A stretch of DNA of 64,000 bases from NCBI GenBank assembly GCA_965216315.1, contig CBDCFN010000016.1, positions 2,080,001 to 2,144,000 of the forward strand. Reading direction: 5' to 3'. The DNA is from a bacterium (GTDB taxonomy: Bacteria > UBA10199 > 2-02-FULL-50-16 > JAJFLM01). The translations under genes and the position numbers were made by a program. The notes below the pieces were generated by a model. That model was not told the DNA's origin. It saw only the letters and a program-made list of their open reading frames with translations, and ran no database searches. Positions 59,611-64,000 of the stretch are shown one piece after another; the stretch's first letter is position 1, and each line of letters starts with the position of its first letter.

Positions 59611-59713
59611 GTTTCATTCTGGGACGCATCATCGCAAAATGAAATGCGTTGTTAGTCTCCGACTCAGCTAACCCATTGAATTCCATTGGGGATAAGTTTG
59701 GCATTGCTATGGC
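59611..59713 (+). promoter_or_regulatory. sigma54 promoter cassette with tandem upstream sites
   Basis: GTTTCA-TTC-TGGGAC (59611) and ATCGCA-AAA-TGAAAT (59631); IHF-like TAACCCATTGAATT; TGGCAT-TGCTA-TGGC (GG-N10-GC). Confidence 0.5.
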
Positions 59714-59741
59714 AATGTCAGTTCGGCACAAAGGAGTCTCC

Positions 59742-59981
59742 ATGTCACCATCCGAACCACACCCGTTAACCCTCAAGGAACTGGCTCAGTTCTTTGAGCA
59801 GAGTGTTGACCCGAAATTTTCCCAGCTCAAGACCGAGCTACAGGAATTACGCGGCTTCACGTCTCAGATCATCGGGCAACAAAAAGATTTGTATAAAAAA
59901 TACGAAGACTTGCATCTCGAATACGGAATTATTAAGCGGCAACTGGACCGGATCGAGACAAATAACGTTAAATCGTCATAA
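59742..59981 (+). CDS. Small coiled-coil hypothetical protein; start revised to 59742
   Basis: AAGGAG SD; heptad-rich sequence. Confidence 0.65.
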   Translation: MSPSEPHPLTLKELAQFFEQSVDPKFSQLKTELQELRGFTSQIIGQQKDLYKKYEDLHLEYGIIKRQLDRIETNNVKSS

Positions 59982-59985
59982 TCAT

Positions 59986-60171
59986 TTACATCTGCGCATC
60001 TTTCGCCTCCTGCACCAACTCGGCAGTGATTTCGGAGACGCCCTTGGAGACCGCATATTTTTCGATTTTCTTTTTGACCATCTTGCGGACAAAGATAGGG
60101 ACCTTAGCCAGGCGCGCTTGCGCCTCCGGGGTCCAGGTTATTTCGGTGGGTTGAGTATTTTCCGTCGACAT
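59986..60171 (-). CDS. PCP_red (protochlorophyllide-reductase C-terminal-like) small domain protein
   Basis: WTPEA.ARL.KVP.FVR.MV..IE.YA..G..IT.E. Confidence 0.8.
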   Translation of the reverse strand: MSTENTQPTEITWTPEAQARLAKVPIFVRKMVKKKIEKYAVSKGVSEITAELVQEAKDAQM

Positions 60172-60204
60172 CGCTGAATACTCCTTAATGGGTGATGATT
60201 CGCG

Positions 60205-60459
60205 TTATCCCGCCATCGCGGCCTTGAGTTCGCGCACCTCATTGCTATTACGATCAACTTTGATTTCCAAGCGATCCAGACGCCATTCAATCTTATCAAG
60301 GCGGCGGTCAAGGCGCTCACCCATGGCATTCATGTCAGTTCGTAGGACTTCAAGCTGGGAAGTGGAATGTTCTTGTGCCTCGGCTAGCAAACGGACCTGA
60401 CCCTGAATATCCTCCAGCAAGATTAAATAACGCTCAGCATTGGAACTATCGGACATCAT
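60205..60459 (-). CDS. Small coiled-coil hypothetical protein
   Basis: ILLEDIQGQVRLLAEA then RLDRRLDKIEWRLDRLE heptads; AAAGGAG SD. Confidence 0.65.
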   Translation of the reverse strand: MMSDSSNAERYLILLEDIQGQVRLLAEAQEHSTSQLEVLRTDMNAMGERLDRRLDKIEWRLDRLEIKVDRNSNEVRELKAAMAG

Positions 60460-60498
60460 GATTCTCCTTTCTTAAGTGAGCAAGAGAAGCATGTAAAA

Positions 60499-60591
60499 GC
60501 AAAAACGATGCCAAGCGCATTTTTTTGCTAAGTGGCTGAAAAGAGGTGTTCTAACGTTGTGGATAAATAAATGTGCGTCGCAAACTGAAAC
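60499..60591 (-). promoter_or_regulatory. sigma54 promoter cassette
   Basis: TTGGCAT-CGTTT-TTGC (60499-60514); GTCGCA-AAC-TGAAAC (60577-60591). Confidence 0.6.
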
Positions 60592-60615
60592 GGCAGCGTA
60601 TCATTATGGGCCGAT

Positions 60616-62550
60616 TTACCAGCCACCCCCTCCTCCGCCACCACCGCCGCCGCCGGAAGACCCTCCACCGGAGAAACCACCACTGCTCCCCGAACGTGAA
60701 CCGGGTGCAACGGACGCCGACGCAATCGCGCTCGTAAACGTACTCGCCATCGACGACGCGAGGGCGCCGTAATTACCGGAGGTAAAACGGCCGTGATACC
60801 AGTGCGGCGCATAGGCCTGCCCGCCCTCCCCGGCCTGCGCGAGCACGTCGGAAAACTGTTCGGCCCACAGTTGTTCGACGTCGAGTGCCAAGGCGTAGGG
60901 CAGATATTTTTCAAACAACTCCGGCGTTTTCTCCGGCGGATGCAAGAGATTCAAGCGTTCCCGTTCCGTCACGCTCAAGAACATCCGAAAGCCCTCGATC
61001 TCATCGAGGAGTTTACGGCCGGCGTGCGTCGGGGCCTTCATCCACCGGTAAAAGAGATAATTCATCAGCGCGAATAAAACGAGGAGCGCCACCATGCCGG
61101 GTGACGTCACCGTCCCGAGCATCACGATACCCGCGATCTCCCCGGCGAGGAATGGGAGAAAAATCACTGTCATGAAAATCGCACTGATCACGCTGACGAG
61201 ACTTTCGGTGCCGCTCAACAACGCTTTCCAATTACGCCAGGCCCCCAGCCCGATGGCAAAGACACCGACGGACCACAGTGACAACCACACGATACCGAAA
61301 AACATCAGGGCCGTCTTTTCGATCGACTCACTAACCGCCATCACGATAATCGCGACGCCGGAAGCGATGACACCGAAGATCATGTACTTCGTATTCTTAA
61401 TGAAATGGATCTTTTCACTCTGCACCGCGAGGGTATTTTTCAACGCCTTCTTCGCCGCGCTGATCTTGCTGTGGTTTTTGTTTTTCAGTTCGAGCGTCTT
61501 CGGTAATTTGTCGTAAATCTTTCTTTCCTCTTTAAACAACAACTGATCCCGCTGCTCTTGTTTATGGAGGACAAACTTGCGCTTCTTTTTTTTGATCTCG
61601 AGCAACCCTTTGACTGCCATGTTGATGATCGCAACGGCATAGGCTTTATTATCAAAGCCCATGCGGCGAATGAAACGCACGGCTGCCGGTGATAATCCCT
61701 GCGGCGGTTCGTAGCGCGGTACAATCGTACCCGCCTCCGGGTCCTTCCCAACAGCCAACCAGACCAGAAAATAATAGAGAAAAACAAGTCCGAGCCCGCC
61801 AACGCCGACGATCAGGCCCCGGTTATCACGAAACAGATAACCGACTTTTTGTTGCGTCGTGGGTTCCGCGACAAAACCCTTGGGCCACCCGACTACAATC
61901 GTCAGTCCCTCCCGCGGCAATAAGGCCCTCATCGTTTCGAATTGTACCGCCGTCCCGTCGTCCCAAGTCCGGTACGCACGCCCCTGGGCCCCTTGATACC
62001 CGGTATAGGCCTCCGCTTTGATTGCGGAACGCGGAATACCGGCAGGCAATACAATGCGTGCCGTCGCCTGTTCGATAGAAAACTCCCAGCCGTTGCCGGT
62101 CACGTTCCAATACAGCTCGTCATGCTCCTCAAAAAAGCCAAGCTGGCGATTGGTCCGGTACTTTAAGGTGTATTTATAAATCCCCGGACTCAGCAAAACA
62201 TCACTCGAACCGATATAAACACGCTCCCCGTTGGATTGCCCTTTGAGATGGAAGGGCTCCGGCTTACCGTTCTTAAGAACTTCTTTGACCTCAAAATCGA
62301 CAACGTAATTATTGCCGAGTCTGTCTTTATAGCGCGTCGGAAAATCCCGGTAGATGCCGCGTTTGATTTGTCGGCGTTCGGCGCGCACTGTAATCGTTTC
62401 GGTGACGTCCATGGCCCCGTCAGGAAAAACCTGCACCTGACTTTCAAAGCTGAGAATTTTTTCTTCCGCCTGCACCGGTTGGACGGTGGCAAAAAGAAAC
62501 AGCGTTGCATGCAACAGAACGATTCCAAAGTGAGCTTGAAATTTCCTCAA
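60616..62550 (-). CDS. DUF2207 family membrane protein
   Basis: V.ETI, GIYR, ELYWN, EKYLPYALALDV, Gly/Ser tail ending GGGGW. Confidence 0.9.
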   Translation of the reverse strand: MRKFQAHFGIVLLHATLFLFATVQPVQAEEKILSFESQVQVFPDGAMDVTETITVRAERRQIKRGIYRDFPTRYKDRLGNNYVVDFEVKEVLKNGKPEPFHLKGQSNGERVYIGSSDVLLSPGIYKYTLKYRTNRQLGFFEEHDELYWNVTGNGWEFSIEQATARIVLPAGIPRSAIKAEAYTGYQGAQGRAYRTWDDGTAVQFETMRALLPREGLTIVVGWPKGFVAEPTTQQKVGYLFRDNRGLIVGVGGLGLVFLYYFLVWLAVGKDPEAGTIVPRYEPPQGLSPAAVRFIRRMGFDNKAYAVAIINMAVKGLLEIKKKKRKFVLHKQEQRDQLLFKEERKIYDKLPKTLELKNKNHSKISAAKKALKNTLAVQSEKIHFIKNTKYMIFGVIASGVAIIVMAVSESIEKTALMFFGIVWLSLWSVGVFAIGLGAWRNWKALLSGTESLVSVISAIFMTVIFLPFLAGEIAGIVMLGTVTSPGMVALLVLFALMNYLFYRWMKAPTHAGRKLLDEIEGFRMFLSVTERERLNLLHPPEKTPELFEKYLPYALALDVEQLWAEQFSDVLAQAGEGGQAYAPHWYHGRFTSGNYGALASSMASTFTSAIASASVAPGSRSGSSGGFSGGGSSGGGGGGGGGGGW

Positions 62551-63107
62551 GACAACGCCACCTCCGGCACTTTTCTTTCCGTCGCAAACTCAATCTCAAA
62601 ATAGTCAGCAGGTTTAAATTTAAAGAGCCGGGCGATGATCAGACTGGGAAACGAATCGACCCGGATATTATAATTGCGCACGGTTCCATTGTAGTAACGC
62701 CGTGCCAGTTGAATTTGGTCTTCGATTTCGGTGAGACTCGTTTGCAGTTCCAAGAAATTCTGATTGGCCTTGAGGTCCGGATAGGCCTCCGCCAGGGCAA
62801 AAACTCCGCGAAGCGCCTGAGTAAATAGGTTTTCGGCGCTCTCTTGGGCTCGGACCTTCTGGGCATCAATGCACTGATTGCGATACTTGACGACGTCTTC
62901 AAGCAAGTTCTTTTCGTGTCCTGCATAGCCTTTAACTGTCTCAACGAGATTGGGAATCAGGTTGTAACGGCGTCGCAACTGGACATCAATACCGCTCCAC
63001 GCCTCTCTTTTGAGATTACTCAACCTGACAAAGCCGTTATAGAACAGTATAACGACGGTCAGCAGCAACAGCACCGGAATGACGAGGTAGATCCACTCCA
63101 TCCACAA
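62547..63107 (-). CDS. lemA: LemA family protein
   Basis: AWSGIDVQLRRRYNLIPNLVETVKGY, EAYPDLKANQNF, RRYYN, FP. Confidence 0.95.
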   Translation of the reverse strand: MWMEWIYLVIPVLLLLTVVILFYNGFVRLSNLKREAWSGIDVQLRRRYNLIPNLVETVKGYAGHEKNLLEDVVKYRNQCIDAQKVRAQESAENLFTQALRGVFALAEAYPDLKANQNFLELQTSLTEIEDQIQLARRYYNGTVRNYNIRVDSFPSLIIARLFKFKPADYFEIEFATERKVPEVALS

Positions 63108-63151
63108 AAGAAATCGTCAAAACCGCGTCTTTTGTCAAACTTCTACTTCTT

Positions 63152-63613
63152 TTAGCCCAAGTCGAGTTGATCCGGATCGATCATCCCGTCATCAACGAGT
63201 TCTTCGATGTGCGTGTTAAGCAAAGAGAGCAGCTTTTCATCGTGCCGGTATTGGGCCTCTTGCATGTCGGCTTCTTGCTTCATCCCGGCAATTTCCAATT
63301 TGGTATCGAGCTTGCCCTGCTCCATCATCTGCATCCGCTGACCCATCAGGTTCATCATGTTGGTCTGCATCTGCGTCTGCTGGACCTGGCCGCCGACAAA
63401 CATCGCCATGTTCGCCTTGCTGGCCTCGGCCATCGCGATCATCCCGGGATTGTAATCGACGGGCGCCGGGGCGCCGGGAACGGATTGATTGCTACCGCCA
63501 CCTCCGAAGAGCATATTGCCCGCGCCGCCGATTAAATTACCCGCGCCACCGACCAAGCTACCGACTCCGCTCACCAATCCCCCAACAAGACCACCACCTC
63601 CAAATAAGCCCAT
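63152..63613 (-). CDS. Gly-rich, Met/Gln-rich orphan protein, tandem paralog B; start revised to 63613
   Basis: AAAGGAGG SD; MGLFGGGGLVGG..; C-terminus nearly identical to the ORF at 63781. Confidence 0.75.
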   Translation of the reverse strand: MGLFGGGGLVGGLVSGVGSLVGGAGNLIGGAGNMLFGGGGSNQSVPGAPAPVDYNPGMIAMAEASKANMAMFVGGQVQQTQMQTNMMNLMGQRMQMMEQGKLDTKLEIAGMKQEADMQEAQYRHDEKLLSLLNTHIEELVDDGMIDPDQLDLG

Positions 63614-63659
63614 AACACGTCCTCCTTTCAATCGTTGCAAATCTTACGATTCACAATAA

Positions 63660-63777
63660 TTGCAAGGGCTGTGCCAAAGAATATCTTATTGTTATCATTG
63701 AATTTTTATGAATTAACGGAGGTTAAATAGCACACATTGCGCCGTCCAGCTTGTGCTAGCAGCGCACAAAGTGTGCG
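63660..63777 (-). promoter_or_regulatory. Consensus sigma54 promoter with upstream palindrome
   Basis: TTGGCAC-AGCCC-TTGCA (63661-63677); perfect CGCACA-AAG-TGTGCG at 63763-63777. Confidence 0.72.
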
Positions 63778-63780
63778 TCA

Positions 63781-64000
63781 TTAGGCCAATTGATCGGGGT
63801 CAATCATCCCATCGTCGACGAGCTCTTCGATATGGTTATTGAGCAGCTCCAGGAGCTTCTCGTCATGCCGATACTGGGCCTCTTGCATCTTGACGTTGGT
63901 ATTCATCGAAGCAATCTCAAGCTTGGTGTCCAGCTTGCCCTGCTCCATCTGCTGCATCCGCATCCCCATCAGGTTCATCATGTTGGTCTGCATCTGGGTC
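63781..64000 (-). CDS. Met/Gln-rich orphan protein, tandem paralog A (5' part outside window)
   Basis: TQMQTNMMNLMG..EQGKLDTKLEIA..QEAQYRHDEKLL..HIEELVDDGMIDPDQL shared with paralog B. Confidence 0.75.
   Translation of the reverse strand, partial: TQMQTNMMNLMGMRMQQMEQGKLDTKLEIASMNTNVKMQEAQYRHDEKLLELLNNHIEELVDDGMIDPDQLA

Noticed and set aside
59174..59671. ORFs overlapping the tRNA and its leader
   Set aside because: Explained by tRNA-Gln, its terminator and promoter region.
59986..60171. Photosynthesis inference from the PCP_red domain
   Set aside because: This stand-alone small domain occurs in non-phototrophs and no bch/chl genes are present.
1..64000. CRISPR array, cas, rRNA, integrase, transposase, reverse transcriptase
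   Set aside because: No regularly spaced repeat-spacer array and no ORF with the relevant motifs was recognised by eye.

Overview
A 64-kb bacterial chromosomal window of mid-range GC. Gene content (sigma54 promoters, LemA/DUF2207, RRM protein, 2-oxoacid:ferredoxin oxidoreductase, a signal-peptide mono-haem protein) loosely suggests a deltaproteobacteria-like or Bdellovibrionota-like organism, but taxonomy cannot be established from this window. About 1-25 kb is a low-oxygen/metal/stress block: Cu-type and CtpF-like P-type ATPases, oxoacid oxidoreductase, class II RNR, NAD-linked formate dehydrogenase, ABC exporter, USP, ClsB, an Rv2004c-like kinase fusion and ArsR. About 25-64 kb mixes housekeeping genes (ECF sigma/anti-sigma, leuCD, HI0933 flavoprotein, Kef antiporter, sirtuin, OmpA, lemA, tRNA-Gln) with many orphan ORFs and two toxin-antitoxin-like modules. 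No CRISPR array, rRNA, integrase, transposase or reverse transcriptase was seen. Main observations: (1) six scattered orphan genes share a sigma28-like promoter, (A/C)AAC-N14/15-N(C/T)CGA(T/C), often positioned for leaderless translation, and most encode proteins with similar uncharged N-termini, a candidate effector regulon; (2) a 40-aa, 10-Cys microprotein absent from the ORF track lies behind arsR and its C-terminus copies the ArsR C-terminal helix; (3) four sigma54 promoter cassettes with a shared upstream palindrome surround tRNA-Gln; (4) two different TA-like modules share an identical operator palindrome; (5) a 21-bp palindromic element sits in frame inside a gene and is also nested in a REP-like hairpin. 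All functional calls come from motif recognition by eye, not database searches.
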